Origin: Octopus sinensis
Taxonomy: Eukaryota
Assembly: GCF_006345805.1 (NCBI RefSeq)
Contig: NC_043006.1
Coordinates: 86,366,001 to 86,430,000 of the forward strand
DNA length: 64,000 bases
Direction of reading: 5' to 3'
Shown here: in pieces, positions 38,301 through 53,216 of the stretch
Numbering within the stretch: position 1 is the stretch's first letter
Layout of the letters: each line of letters begins with the position of its first letter
The notes under the pieces: model-generated
Databases searched by the model: none
The model's input: only the letters and a program-made list of their open reading frames with translations
What the model was told of the DNA's origin: nothing
Translations under genes and position numbers: made by a program

Positions 38301-40308
38301 AGTGCAGGGGCTGCATCCCTGAAAAAACTATAAATTACCTCCTATGATCTGTATATTTATTTATTCATTCCCAAGGCCTGTACAAGTCCTCATGTAGCAT
38401 CAAGTATTCTCTTTCAAGATGGAGTTGAGCGTCAACATTCCTATGTGGGAGGCTTGATAATTGCTGAGAGATTTCTCTATACATGAAGCAAATTGGTAAC
38501 TTTGTTAACCTCCAAGTAAAGAATATTTATCTACAAATGCAGTGTTGAACACTCGTTCTCATTTTTCCGTATTAACATGTGTGTGTGTGTGTGTGTGTGT
38601 GTATGAAGCTGGTGGGTAAGCAGAATCATTACAATGCAAGACAAAATGCTTAACAGCATTTTTTTTGGGGTGCTTTTTATATTCTGTGTTCAAATTCTGC
38701 TGAGGTTGACTTTGCTTTTCATACTTGCGGAATTGATAAAATAAGTACTGATTGCATTCTGGGGTCTATGTAATTGACTGGCTTACTCCCAACAAATTTC
38801 AGAATGTGTGCCTATAGAAAGACTTATTAATATATGCATATAAAGAGATAGCACTTGTTCACTGATTATGAATATTGACAGTCTGGCAATAGGAAAATAC
38901 CTCAAGGAATTGCTCTACATACTAAACACAAATGTAGTAGAATTTAGAAGATCAGATATTTAATACTGTTAGTTGAAAAGATTATTCATGCAATTAGTAG
39001 ACACAAATTCCCTCTAAGGAGATGGATTTATCTAGTTATCTATTGATGTAAGGTATAGAAGCTTATATGTAAAAACCCAAAGAAATTAGACAAAGGAAAC
39101 AACAATGTTCTTAACTTCTGCATAGTTAAGAATAATTATTTTGAAAAGGAAAAAAAAAATGAAACAAAGAGTATAAAATACAGATTAAGATAGAAGAAAA
39201 ATAATTTTAAAATTGAATTAAATTTTATTAACCACTAAAAGAAAGATCAAGGAATTAGTAAAAACTGAAATACAGAAAGAAATGAAGAATGAAAGACACA
39301 TTATTACTTCATTTGTTCTCCATCTTTCTCTATCTTCTGCAATTTCAGAAGATCTTTAGATATAAAGCTTCCTACCATTCCTATGATTTAGAAAGATGTT
39401 ATTTAGATATATTTCGATATAAATATTAACCTCTGCATAGTATAATTGCCACTTTTATGGGGTTAGCAACTTTGCTAAATTAATTTTCATGTCTATCTTA
39501 AAGTTCACTCTGTGGCATTATTTTAGTAATAGTAAATTGATATACATAGCAAAATCTTCAACCATATCTTTATAATATGCAATTAACCATATCTTTGTAA
39601 TACGTAATTAACCATATCTTTTAAGTATATGATTAAAGATAATTTCGGTCTCTTTTGAATTAGTTACTGCACTTATTTGAAAAGTTTCACTGGCAATGGC
39701 GTCTGCACATATTGTCGTAAAGAAAATAACAAATTCTATTCTGTCCTCCATAAGATAAGATATTTACTGGAGAATTGTTTCATGATATTTTTAAATAAGT
39801 GGCACATGAGAATTCAAAACCCAGTATTCAGCTATTTCAAGCCATCACTGAATATGATTTGGCAGCATGTACCATGCTTTTATTTGTTTTAGGAGCCCAT
39901 ATAGCTATGAGCAGAGACAAGTCCTTCTTGATCAGAATTTTGGTCAGTAGAGTCAAACAGCACCAACTTGGTTGAGTAGAGTGAAATGGCACACTCTACT
40001 TGTTCTTGAGATGTTCAAAGTGTTTCATTCTTACCTCTATTCACCTGATGAAAATTTTTTTTTTTTTTTGCATGACGTAACACTGCTGTTCATCAATAAA
40101 AAGCATGTCTGAAACAACTATTATGAACCTCAATCTATCTGCTATATCTGTTTATCCTTCACCTAACTCAGAACCTGCAATTTGTTTGAATCTAAAGTCT
40201 ATTAAGTGTGACGCAATAGGTGCAGTGAGTGTATCTATGAGTGACCTTGATGACTCGTGTATGCAGTTGACCATATGTGAATGTATGCACAACTGAATTA
40301 AAAATCCG

Positions 40309-40749
40309 GGATCTTTTCAGTTTGAACGGCAGTCTTTTCTAGCGGTGTCATATGAAATTGTCACCCATAATTATGACCCTAGTATCGATCTATTGCATTT
40401 CAATCTGTTTTAGGGTTAGGGATAGTTAGGGTTAGTTAGGGTTAGGGTTAGGGGTGGGGGAAGGGTATCTTTTTTTTCTTCACAAATGTAAATAAACCCA
40501 ATCTGTTTCTTAAACAAGGGACATATTCATACGGCACAGAATGTTTTTTTACCTCAATGGACGTCAGTGATTGGTTGAAATTGCAGAAATTGAAAAAAAA
40601 CCAACAAATATCTTACAAACTATAGAATTTTCTCAATAAATCCAAGAGAAAAAGATGTTTATAAACACATTCTACCAGTATACGAAGTTTAAAATTTTTT
40701 AGTTACCTAGAAATTATGCTAAAAACTGCCGTTCAAACCGAAAAGAACC
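40309..40749. mobile_element. Merlin-type MITE with internal TTAGGG tract
   Basis: TIR GG(A/T)TCTTTTC(A/G)GTTTGAACGGCAGT; 8-bp TSD aaaatccg at 40301-40308 and 40750-40757. Confidence 0.8.
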
Positions 40750-43621
40750 AAAATCCGTGTTTACTTTAGTAAGTATGTAATTTATCCTCAAATACTGTTT
40801 GCACATGATAGAGCTGTCACGGAGCTGACTTTGGTGCTTTACTATTTCAGTACTTGATTCTCTTGAATCCTGGAAATTTTATATACATACATACATACAT
40901 GTATATTTGTATGCTTATATATATGGTAAATGTATATTTGTACAACTGTGTGCGTTTGTGTGCATGTACACACACACACACACACACATATAGTTGCTCT
41001 TAGTTGCCCATAGAATTTGATGATGAACATCTTCAATCGTGGATCCTTTCTGACTGAACATTTCAATCATTGATGAACAGCATCAGCTGGAGAGAGAACA
41101 TGTGAATATTTTCTTGGAGTGGTAAGGAATAAATCTATGTACATCTCTTTTATGTCAACTCTCTCAATTTTAGTGAGTACAGTTCTTCGTATCCTCAGTC
41201 CTCTCACAACCACAGTGAGAACATCATAACGAATGGTTGGTAACTATGCCTTCTACTTTTGAAAGTTTGATATTAATTCTCTTCAGCTGTTCTTTGGGCC
41301 ACTTTTATGGTTCTTCAGACAAGTCCATCATATTTGATTCACATCTCTTTGCAACACACACCATGCACTCTAGTCATACTGGTTGGATACATCATTGAAA
41401 AAAAAAATTACAAAACAATGCACCATACATTACATCACGAATTAAAATTTATTACGAAAACTCCAAAATTACAAACTTCCCCATGCTAACTACTGAAACA
41501 AACTTCAAGCAACCAACGTCAGAATATTTTCTGCATACATTTCAATGTAGTATATAGTGTAAACATTCAAACATTGTCACTATCTTTCCAAATCCTGTTG
41601 CCTTTCACATGAAATTTTTAGTCCTTCAAAGCTGTCTTGGTATATAAGTTGATCTACTTTTTTGGATGTAAATTTTTAATCTGAAAAATTCTGTTTGTAT
41701 GCAAGAAAATGCAGATGTTAATATAAAAATGGCAGTTGTAACCTTTCCAGTACAAGCTGAAATATTGGCTTCAAACTTTGACACAAAGCCAGCAATTTTG
41801 ATGGAGTGGGTGAGTTGATTCCATCAACCCCCAGTGCTTCACTGGCACTTATTTCACTGACCCCCACCCCTCCAAAAATGAAAGGCAAAGTTGGCCTTGG
41901 TGGAATTTGAACTCAGCAGATTTTAAGATAGACAAAATGTCACTGAGCATTTTGCCCAGTGTGCTAATGACTCTGCCAGCTGACCGCCTTAAAGCCCAAG
42001 CAGCAATATTGGGCACACTAGTACACATTTTGTTTGTTAACCATGTATTTACTGCAAGAAGACATAACATATTAAAATACAAGGAATGAAAGAAAAATAG
42101 ATAGAAAAACATTGATTATTGCTCCAAACTAGAACCTATAAAGAAATATGAAAAATCTTTGGATGAGATTAAACTCCAAGTCATGTCTTGAATGTAAATG
42201 AAACAAAAAAAGTTGTTCATGTAGACAATGTGTGGGTACGAATTTCCCATGTTGGAACATTATGTTAATTCATTGTCTTCTGTCTTTTATTTGTTTCAGT
42301 CATTGGCACTGTCTTGAAGGGTTTAGTTGAAAAAAATCAACCTCTGTACTTGCTTTATTTCTTTTTAAGTCTGGTAATTATTCTGATGGCCTCTTTTACT
42401 GAACTGCTAAGTTAGGGGATTGTAAACAAACCAACATACATACATACATACATACATACATGCATGCATGACAGGATTCTTTCAGTTTTCATGTTCCAAA
42501 TCTACTCACAAGGCTTTGGTTGACCCAGACCTAAAGCAGAAGACACAAGGTGCCACATGGTAAGACTGAACCTGGCACTGAGTGGATCAGAAGCGAACTT
42601 CTTACCATGCAACCACACCTGTGCCAAAAGTATTATGGTTTCTAATTAGGGTAGAATTTGAGCCAAAATAACTGATTTTAAGAAGACAGAAACAGTTGAT
42701 ACCATCAACCCCAGCACTTGACAGATACCTTATTTAAATGATCTTAGGGAGACAAAAAGTTGGCCTTGAGATTTGAAATGTGACTGTAAAGAGCTGGAAC
42801 AAATTCCACATTTTGTTTTTCTGAGACTCAAACGATTCTGCCAGCTTGTCACTTTAGAAGAATAAGAGCTGAAAAAATAAATCTTCTCTCTTGATAAACA
42901 ATCCTAATATAATGTAATTTATTTTCTTTTTGCTGAAGCATTGAACATATCAGATCATGCATTACTTAAAGCTTATTTATTTGATAAAGTACCAATTTAA
43001 TAACACTGTGAATGTAAACATATTAGTATTATAGTTTTATTAACAACATAAAGTTATAGAAGGTGTACATTAGCTGTTTGTCACCTGTGTAAAAATTCCA
43101 ATTTGATTTAAAAGGATTTGTTAGCATTAATATCAGAATGTCCATAGTAGTAGTAATAGTAGTAGTAATAGTAGTAGTAGTAGCAGCAGCAGCAGCAGTA
43201 AACAGATTTGCCCAACTAATCTTGTTTACGAGAAAAACAATGATTAAGCTCACTTATAGTATGATGAGTTTAATGAATACAAATTGAGATATAGTATGAC
43301 AAACCTATTAATTAGCATTTGATGAAAATGAGTTAAGCCTCCATTCAATTTACAGTAATTTATTTAATTTAAAGTGTATTAAATCTTAGAAGTAGTTCAC
43401 ATATTGGATCAACATTAAACACTTAGACATTGATAGAAGCAAAATCCATTATAATATTATAATATCAGTATGAGTCACTTGGAAATATTTAGTTAATCAT
43501 ATGGAATCTCAGAAGTATTCTTAGTACAGGATCAACCTGAAACATTTGGTTGCTCACATTCTTTCTTTCTAGTCTTCACAATTCCTCTGTATTGAAGGCC
43601 TGCATTTTTCTATCATGGAGC

Positions 43622-44000
43622 ATTCTTTTACTTGTTTCAGTCATTTGACTGTGGCCATGCTAGAACACCGCCTTTAGTCGACTTATTCTTTGTAAGCCTA
43701 GTTCTATCGGTTCTTTTGCCAAACCGGTAAGTTACAGGGACGTAAACACACCAGCATCGGTTGTCAAGTGATGTTGGGGGGGGGGCAAACACAGACACAC
43801 AAACATATACATACACACATACATATATATATAAATATTTACGATGGGCTTTTTTCAGTTTCCATCTACCAAATCCACTCACAAGGTTTTGGTTGGCCCG
43901 AGGCTATAGTAGAAGACACTTGCCCAAGGTGCCATGCAGTGGGACTTAACCTGGAACCATGTGGTTTGTAAGCAAACTACTTACCACACAGCCACTTCTA
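43622..44000 (-). mobile_element. Family C SINE
   Basis: Same structure as 18125-18541, with small deletions. Confidence 0.88.
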
Positions 44001-45050
44001 CGCCATTGTACATCACATGCAAACATTGTACAATGTGCCCTTCACTCTGAGTCAGAAACTCTTTATTTCTGGCAGAGAAAATAGCTCCCTAAGCTTTCTC
44101 CAAATCAATCTTACTCTGGTTACTAAGCTTCTGATCCTCTTACCTCTAATATTATCAATTACTTCTAGTGAGTAATCAGAGTATTTAAAAGAATTTATTG
44201 CACATCTGTTCTTGCTACTAACCACACCTGTACATCAGCCACATATGAAATCTGTCCTCTCTTTTAACTTGTCTGTGATTTCACTGCACCACTTTTGTAT
44301 CCATAATTTAACCAGAGTATTGTATGGAATTTCTATTTATTCTCTTTCTGAATATCCTTGATGTTTGAAGTATCTTCTTTCCTATTTACTAAAACTTTAA
44401 TCTTGGTTAAATTTGCATTGATGTCTCTGGATTTTAGTTTTGCTTCCTGGTCAGAAATCTTTGTTTATTTAAATTTTTGACAGATTTCTCTATAGAAACT
44501 AAGTTAGCATATGAACATGAACAGCAAATCTGGAATCCTTCTGATAGTAATAAACAAGTAGGAGCTGAGAAGAGAGCCCTGGTGGATTCTTACCTGTTTG
44601 CTTAATTTTTTGATAAATTGAAGGTAGACTCATACATTGCTGACTGCAAATTTGTATATGGCTTGCTGTTATTTCATAAGTCATTCATTTACATCTGGTT
44701 TCCTTAGTAACCCACCATCAAAGATCCTCCCTAATATTTTCCTCACTGGGAAGATGCTATTTATAGTACTTCTCTCTGGTAATCAATTATGCCCTAACTC
44801 TTTCTGTAACTTTCACCAAACTAAAATCTCTGAAAGTACCTTTCTATGTTGAGCATATCCTTTGTCCTTGTAACAGTTGACCATTGATACCTCTCAGCAA
44901 GCCATTAGGTGTTACTGAATATGTGAATGACTCGCTGGTACCTTACTTTGCTAGATATCTTAATCATCATTGCAATTATTCCTGAAGAACCAGCTCTTTT
45001 CCCTAACCTTTATCTCCCTAATGCATCCTTAATTGCATTTGCAGCAATTC
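44000..45050 (-). mobile_element. Old RTE-clade RT fragment
   Basis: GIHQGSLLS and NLTKIKVLVNRKE residues in broken frames. Confidence 0.5.
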
Positions 45051-45059
45051 TGCTATCTC

Positions 45060-45205
45060 ACATACATACATACATACATACATACATACATACATACATA
45101 CAACATACATACATACATACATACATACATACACACATACAAACACACATACATACATACCTACATACATACATGCATACATACATACATACATACATAC
45201 ATGGA
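45060..45205. repeat. (ACAT)n microsatellite
   Basis: Directly visible. Confidence 0.95.
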
Positions 45206-45526
45206 TGTATGCATGCATATATTTATTTATGTATATATGTATAATGACATTATGTGTATATGTGTTTTGACTGGCTTCCATGTATAAAAAGCACCAATCC
45301 GATCATTGCCAGCCTCACCTGGCACCTGTGCTGGTGGCACATAAAAAGTACCCACTACACTCATGGAGTGGTTGGCGTTAGGAAGGGCATCCAGTTGTAG
45401 AAACACTGCCAGATCAGACTGGAGCCTGGTGCAGCCTTCTGGCTTCCCAGATCCTGGTCGAACCGTCCAACCCATGCTAGCATGGAGAACGGACGTTAAA
45501 CGATGATGATGATGAGGAGGATGATG

Positions 45527-45580
<54 letters not shown>

Positions 45581-48500
45581 ATATAAAGTCAAACTAAAGA
45601 CACTTTCTTCAACTCTTCAGGAAATTTCTTTATACAGATCAATTTGGACGAGTTATTGACTACAAAATACATTGTATTCCATATTCTATCCATAAATCTA
45701 ATATTTTGTTTTCCAATCAACAAACTTTATTCTGCTTCTGCACATGTACAAAACCGTTTAGAAATTTCCCTTCCTCTTTCTTTTTTATTTTCTCTTCCTA
45801 TGTATTTCAATACATTTCTAAACTGATTTTCTCTTCAAATTTGTTTTTCTCTCTTTCATGAATATGAACACGTTATTGTTGTTTTACTACAAAAGTGAAA
45901 AACTACTACAACACTGAAGGAGGTAATCTCTTATAAATATGAATTACTATATTTTGAGATGGCAGAATTTATATCTATATTGAGATGTCCGGGAATTTGA
46001 ATGTAGTAAATAATATATTTATACCAGCTGAAAGCTGTAAATATATTATTTCATATTGCCACTACTTGCTTGGAAATTGTAACAAAATTCTTTTACTTTC
46101 TGTGTTCCTCAAAAATTCTGGAACAATTTGTTACTTTTTATTCATCTTTCTTTTTATTCTCTGTAAGTTAGCAGATGTTGTTATTTCTAGCAATTTATCC
46201 TGGCTTTTAATGTGTTTAATCCAGTCTTTTCTCTTGATGAAGGGTGTTGTTGTTGTTCTTTAAGCTTAAGCTCAAGTTAGCTGCAATCACACAGGTCAAA
46301 AGTGAGACACTCCATTTGTGGCCATCCTATCTCTTACATGTTTGCTGAGAAATTGTGACCACAATAGCCAATGTGACTTGAGGGAAACTTAGTTGCTATG
46401 TTTAGCCTGTCAAGCAGCCATGTAGAGGTTCTTTCATTAGCTCACTTTTACTGGATAGTTGCTGTTTAACCCTAGGGCTACTGTGATCCAGCGAATCTCT
46501 GATCAAAGGCATTCCATCAATGAACATCCAGTCTGTTTTAAGGATGTTTAGAACAACCTCAGTATCACTTCTTAATTTAAACAATGTGCTTGGTAGTTCT
46601 TTTTAGCAGGCTGAGTGGTCCCATTGAGGTACTTTGTTGGTTTGTTTAGCTTGATAGTTGTCCAGGTTGGTACAGAGAGAATTTTAGCTCTGTGCATTGC
46701 AATTATATTGAGTTTATACTGTGTGGAAATAAGCTGTGACTCCCTGTGGCACCTTTATTACAATTAAGATGATTGAGCCATTGAAATTTAAATATGTTCC
46801 CCATGGACCATTCTGATGCAAGTTGTTTGCATGCAAGTCTGTTATAGATTAATTCTCTGTAGTTGCATATAATTGTGAAAGTAAGCCAGTAAGAGAACTT
46901 CTGTTGAATTGCTTGCTTGCTAGAAATAGTTGTCAAATTTCTCTCTAATCAAACTATAAAAAGAAAAAATATGGAAGGATCCATTGAATTATATTGTCCT
47001 TGATATACTCTGGGGAATTGAGAAGGGTGAGTCATGAGTGGAAGGCTTTTACTCATTGATCTGTTTGATCATTGCTGACTTGGGACTAACCAATGCTGAG
47101 TTAAGGTCATTGAGTTCAAAGTGTGTGTCCATGGGTTTGACAAGGTGTTGGCCACTAAAGTGATTGTACCATTGGCTCTTCAGCTGGTCCCTTGACACAA
47201 TATTGACCCTACTAAAGCTCATTCTCTTGATTGTGATTTATTTGGATGTGCAATATTTAGATGTATTAAGAATTTTCTTGTGAGGAATAAAACTTAACAT
47301 TATATTATTTCTTTAACTTGAATGTACACTCCCATCACCTCACACCTTCACCATTTTCTCTCTTGCTTCTCTCTCAATCCACCTGAGGAAGCCACCCTTT
47401 TCTGTTCTTCAATATTACTCCCCCATTCATTTGAGGGGTCTTGTGTTACAAGTTACTTGGTGACCTCACTACTGCTGGTGCCACGTAAAAAGCACCCAAT
47501 ACACTCTGTAGAGTGATTGGCATTAGAAAGGGCATCCAGATGTAGAAACCATGTCAAAGCAGGCTGAACCAGCATGGAAAACAGACATTAAATGACGATG
47601 GTAATAACTTTGAATATCTTCTAAGTTTTGGCTAGGTGTTCCACTTTCTGATTTGGGATTAAGACTTTATATCACCTTGCATTATTCCACACAATTTAGT
47701 AAGAGTCACATCCATAGAAATATTATTGAAGGAAATTCTATTATTTATCATCCATCCGTCCATCCATTTTCCCTGCCACTAATCCTGGGAGGTTCTCAGA
47801 CACCTCCTCCATATGATCCTATGAGAGGAAGCTGTCTGGCCAGATTTTCAAGTAAGATTAACTAAGACAATTGACATTATCCAATTATTTCCTTCTTGGT
47901 CTACCCCTAGCTGTCCTACTGGTTGCCTTGCCTTGAAGAATCCATCTTGTGATACCCCTTATTTATCACCAATTGTTTTAATACCAATTCTTCAAAAATA
48001 ATATGAATTGCACAAATCTGCAATTCACCATCTGCCCAAGCATTTCAATCTAGTGTTATCTCATGTTTGAGATGACACTGGATACAAGTACGGTTGTAGT
48101 ACTTATAATGCCACTAGTGTTGTACCCATAAAAAAAGCCATGAGATTAATTTGATAGAGGAATACATTAGGAACATGTACCAGATCTACACATTGATTTG
48201 AACCTCAGATCAGGAAATTCTTAAAACATAACAATTAAAATTTTAGAAAAATTGAGTGGTGACATCAGTAAAAATCTACCCAATAGAATTTAATGTAAAC
48301 ATTTGCTTGTTTTTCTAGCGATGATGTCACCACTGGTCTGCCAATCAAATTTGTTTTGAACATGTAAAAAAAAAAAGGACAAAATCTTCAGAAACAAAAA
48401 CCAGAAGAAACAGACAGTGACTGACAAGAGAGAACAGAAGCAGTCATGTGTTCACATCAGGTGCTATTCATTTTCAGTTGATATGGATGGCCTGGCCTAC

Positions 48501-49799
48501 CAAATATAAAGTCAGGGACATGAATAATCTAGTTTCTGCAAGTATTAGTATAGGGGCTATGCTATGACAGCTATTCATTTACACACTTTCTCTGTCTCCT
48601 GTCTTTCGTTATATATATATATATATCCTGTCTGGCTCTCTCTCTTTATGCACACACACACACATAACTATAGAGCCTGTATAATCAAACCACTGCATGA
48701 ACAGTACTTTCTGGTGTTGTTAGTCCGTTGTTCATCATTGGACCATCACGTCTGATGCAAGCTTTAAACAATAAACACATGATGAATTGAAAACAACTTT
48801 TCTCTCATTCAGCCAGCTTTCAATTTCTTATTGTTAAAACACATGGAATTTGCATAATGGTTTGTAGTTAAATATACAATGTCCTGTCTGGTTGATATTG
48901 AACTGGAAGAGAGGACACCATAACAAAGAATGACAAAAAAAATAATAAAAATTTGAGAAATATGGAGACATGTCATCATGGATAATACACAGGAATGTGA
49001 AAGAATGGTTTCAGCTAAGATCAAAGGTTAAATCATCATCAGCAAATTATTTTTATATATATTTTTATTTTATAACATGCATTTCTCTCTATATATATTT
49101 TATAACATGCATTTTTTATATTTTTTATATAATGCATTTTGTGAAAAATAATTTTGTTGGCTTCTCATTTTTAAAATAAAGTTTTGTAATCAACAGTTGA
49201 GATATTTCAATTCTTGTCTGTTTAGAATGAAGAGGCCTCATTGGCAACAATAGTCAAATTGGGTCCATGACAAGAAAATAGATGAACCATTTCACCCATT
49301 CCACCTGGAAGATGATCTGTTTGCCACATTCACTTTATAAGTGAAAGAGGCATCTGCTTTGGTTGTTGTTGACAGAATGTTTAATTCTATGATACTGACT
49401 CCAAGAGAAATGTATGCAATTGTTTCAGCACATCAACTTTCTGGAAGTGAACGACCTCAACTTTTCCATTGCTTTTGTTTCCTATTTGTCTTTTGTCATC
49501 CTTTAATTCACAGTAATTAGATCAAAAGGGAGTTTTCATATCACCTGCTCCATTGTTGATGTTATGAAGTTCATTCGCCAGCCAAGATTTTCATTTTACT
49601 GGGTTTGATGAGACGATGTTGTTTATATAAATTGTAAATTATCCTCCACTCTCTCTCAACACATACAACCACTATAAAGTGGTTGTCATTAGGTGTGGCA
49701 TCCAACCATGCCAAAGCAGACAGAGCTTGATGTAGTTCTCTGGCTTGCCATCACCTATCAAACATCCACCCCATGCCAGCATGGAAAGCAGATGTTAAA

Positions 49800-49920
49800 T
49801 GATGATAATGAGGCTGAGGATGATGATGATGATTATGATGATGATGATGGTGGTGGTAATGATGATAATGATGATGATGATGATGATGGTGGTGGTGATG
49901 ATGATGATGATGATGATTTT
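49800..49920. repeat. (GAT)n/(GGT)n tract, expanded RTE tail
   Basis: Follows CCAGCATGGAAAGCAGATGTTAAAT, the RTE terminus. Confidence 0.85.
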
Positions 49921-51135
49921 ATGATTTTTATTGTGAAGTATTATTACTCCAGAAGCAGGAGTGATTGCTCATGAGCATTCATTGAAAAACCTTGTCTCAT
50001 TAATATAATTAATATCACGTAAATGACATTTTTTTGTAATTATCAACATTTAAGATGATTGATTTCTACTTTACTAAAATTAATGATACACAATGAGAAA
50101 ACACAGACAGGTTAATCAAGGGATATTTGCCATTTATATTTTTCATAAATTAGACTCTCTTGGAGTCTAATTCAATGTGTTCTCATCAACTGGCAGAAAC
50201 TTCTGAGAATATTTTTGATGAAAACGAACCACAGTTGATTAAGTACTCTTACTGTACTTGGCCATGGAACAGAATATTATTGCCACCATTTGTTAGTTAA
50301 TCTATAGAAATGTGTGCCACAAACATGTGACTAAAACAATGCTTATAGTTTCCATATCATTCAAAGAGTAAGCAGTTGGTTTGAAACTACATCCAGATTT
50401 TGGATAATGATGGTATGACGGTGAAGATTTTTAACACTGAATAACTGTTTGATATTTATTTTTCTGTTGTGGCACAGGCTGGAAGATTCATTCATCTCTG
50501 TTACATTTCTTATCATCAGATACACACAAAGAAATCAACAGAAAAGTTGTCTGTCTTGTGTTTTGGAAAAAGGTTTTACAACTCAATGCCCATCTTTCAA
50601 GCAGAAGGTTTGCCCTCCTCTTCACACACCTTGGATGAAAAAGCATGTGTTTATATAATGCTTTATAGTTTTAAATCCCACTTAATGCTTGGGATTTATT
50701 GTTGCTTTCACATGAACTATTTTCCCAATTCCCTCAAAAACAATTTCTATATTTCTTCAAATGTTGCATGTAAACACACATTCAAAACTGTATACTCTAT
50801 ATCCTTAAGATTCATACATACATTACATACATTATTCACATAATACATACATACATTATTCACATAACTACACATATATTCATTATATATATAACCACAT
50901 AACTTCATGAGCATTTAAAAACAACTTCATATTACAACAAAATCTCATTTTTTATTTAACACAATTTTAAAGTGCCTTTTATGAAAACAAGCATAGATTT
51001 ATGTGCATAAATGCAAAACACCTGGTATATTTATTGTCTTGAAATTATATCATTGAAATGTACACAGGCTGAGCAAACATAGACACCTGACTGTGCAATT
51101 TATAATTGATAATTTATTCTCAAATTTGATTTTAA

Positions 51136-51356
51136 CCCTTTCATTGCCAACCTGGCTGAAACCGGCTCTGGCTCTGGAGTACAAATGTCTTGTTTTCATA
51201 AATTTTGAATTAAAATCTTCTACCAAACCTTAGCCAAAATCTATGTACCTAACACTAGCTTAATGATAACTAAGTTATTTTACTAAATTCTTTGTTATAT
51301 TTAAAGTAATTGAGAGAAACACAGAGTATCTCAAAATAAATACAGTAACGAAAGGG
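51136..51356. mobile_element. piggyBac-type MITE (longer version)
   Basis: TTAA TSDs; CCCTTTC termini; internally similar to 17720-17834 in the opposite orientation. Confidence 0.82.
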
Positions 51357-51927
51357 TTAATTCCAAAAATCGATTGGTACAATGAAGAGATGAAAGAAAG
51401 ATGACATGCTGGTGAGAAGATTGCAGGGATGGATAGGGAACAGATACACGAATAGCCAACCCTTTTCCTCTCACTCACTCCCATTCCAACTCATGCTTTG
51501 ACAATTCACCCTGACATCTCATCACCACTTGTATCATTTTCCACCTCCACCCCCACCAACCTCTCTCCTATATTTTAAGTAGTCACGTTGCTCCTTTACA
51601 GCAAAAAGCTCATTCTGCTCTGGACCTTTCTCTCATACCTTTCCTCTCTCTACTCCCCATTCTCTTACCATAAAGTTTCCTCTCTCCACAAGGGTCCATA
51701 GTCTTGCAAGCTGTATGCTGACCCCACTAATGCTGGTTGCATGAAAAGAAGCACCTAGTACACACCATAAAGTGTTTGGCATTAGGAAGGGCATTCAGCT
51801 GCAGAAACCATGTCGTGCAAAACCTGGAGCATGATGCAAACCTTGAGCCTAGTAGATCCTGTCAAACTGCACACCTCATCATACCAGCATAGAACACAGA
51901 TGTTAAATGTTGATATAGATGCATATA

Positions 51928-52170
51928 GGTACATGACTCAGTGCTTAGAGCATCAAGTTCACAATCATGAGGCTGTATGTTGTTTTCTTGAGCCAAGCTG
52001 TATTGGCTTTTGCCTTTCCCTTGGATAACGTAAGTGGCATGGAGAGAGGGAAGCTGGTATGCATAGGCAACTGCTGGTCTTCCATGAACAACTTTGTCCA
52101 GACTTGTGTCTCAGAGGGTAACTTTCTAGGTGCAATCCCATGGTCATCCATAACTGAAAGGAGTCTTTAC
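51928..52170 (+). mobile_element. tRNA-derived SINE (third family), internally deleted
   Basis: Matches the reverse copy at 53487-53828. Confidence 0.7.
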
Positions 52171-52194
52171 TCTTTAAATACATATATATATATC

Positions 52195-52560
52195 TTTTAT
52201 CTTTTTTCAGTCATTAGACTGCAGGCCATGGTAGGGCACTGCCTTGAAGAACTTTTAGTCAAATGAATTGACCCCAGTTCTTTTCTTTTCCTTATGCATG
52301 GTACTTATTCTGTTTCTTTTTACTGAACCACTAACTTACTGAGATGTAAACAAACCAGCATCGGTTGTAAAGCAGTGGTGGGACACACACACACACATAG
52401 CTGGCTTCTTTCAGTTTCTATCTACCAAACCTACATACAAAGCTTTGGTCTCACTGAGGCTATAGTAGAAGCCACTTGCCCAAGGTGCCATGCAGTGAGA
52501 CTGAACCCAGGACCATGTGATTGGGAAGCAAACGTCTTACCACAAACCATACTTGCACCT
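52195..52560 (-). mobile_element. Diverged family C SINE
   Basis: Core ccacttgcccaaggtgccatgcag. Confidence 0.8.
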
Positions 52561-52565
52561 ATATA

Positions 52566-53216
52566 CACCTTCTCCTCGACTTATGACCTATGCGACTTAT
52601 GACTATCCACACTTACGACCACAAAAAAGTAAATAAATAACTAAAAAATCGATTTTCAGAGATATTGGGCAGCTGTGATATTATGATAACCATAGCAGCG
52701 TCTGGCAACACTGGCCGTCCTCAGACCCAGGCATCCACTGCCTGCTACTGTCTCTCAGTTGCTTCCAAGCATCAGTTGTGAGTGGATTTGTTACAATTGA
52801 ATCTGAAATACCCCTAAAATGACTGGTAAAAGGGAAATGGTTTCATCTACGGATGTGCTAGATAAGAAGCCGAGGAATCAATAGATTTAGAGATTGTAAA
52901 ATGAACATTATCTGGCAGTATGAAGGTGGAAAGAAGGTGAATACAATAGCACATAACTTGGAGTTATTACATCCCACAGTATTGATGATACTTAAGGACA
53001 AAGAAAGAATTTGTGAAGCTGTGAAAGGTTCTGCATCTATGAAGTCTACTATTCTAACCAAACAATGAGAGGGACCCAACTACGAAATGGAAGAATTGTT
53101 ATTCATGTGGATAATGTTGTATTTATAGGGTCAAAAAATATAAATCCAACAAATGACCAGATTGACTTACAACCTGTCAGTTGAAGATAACTTAGTTGTA
53201 AGTCAAGGAGAAGGTG
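52566..53216 (+). mobile_element. Tigger/pogo-like deletion derivative
   Basis: TIR CACCTTCTCCT(C/T)GACTTA with TA TSDs; CENP-B-type HTH remnant YEGGKKVNTIAHNL...ILKDKERICEAVKGSASMKST. Confidence 0.85.

Noticed and set aside
40407-40460. True telomere or chromosome fusion site
   Set aside because: The tract is short, degenerate and internal to a TIR/TSD-bounded MITE.
50469-50843. 124-aa ORF with a plausible upstream acceptor
   Set aside because: No recognisable domain or good donor, and it ends in low-complexity repeat.
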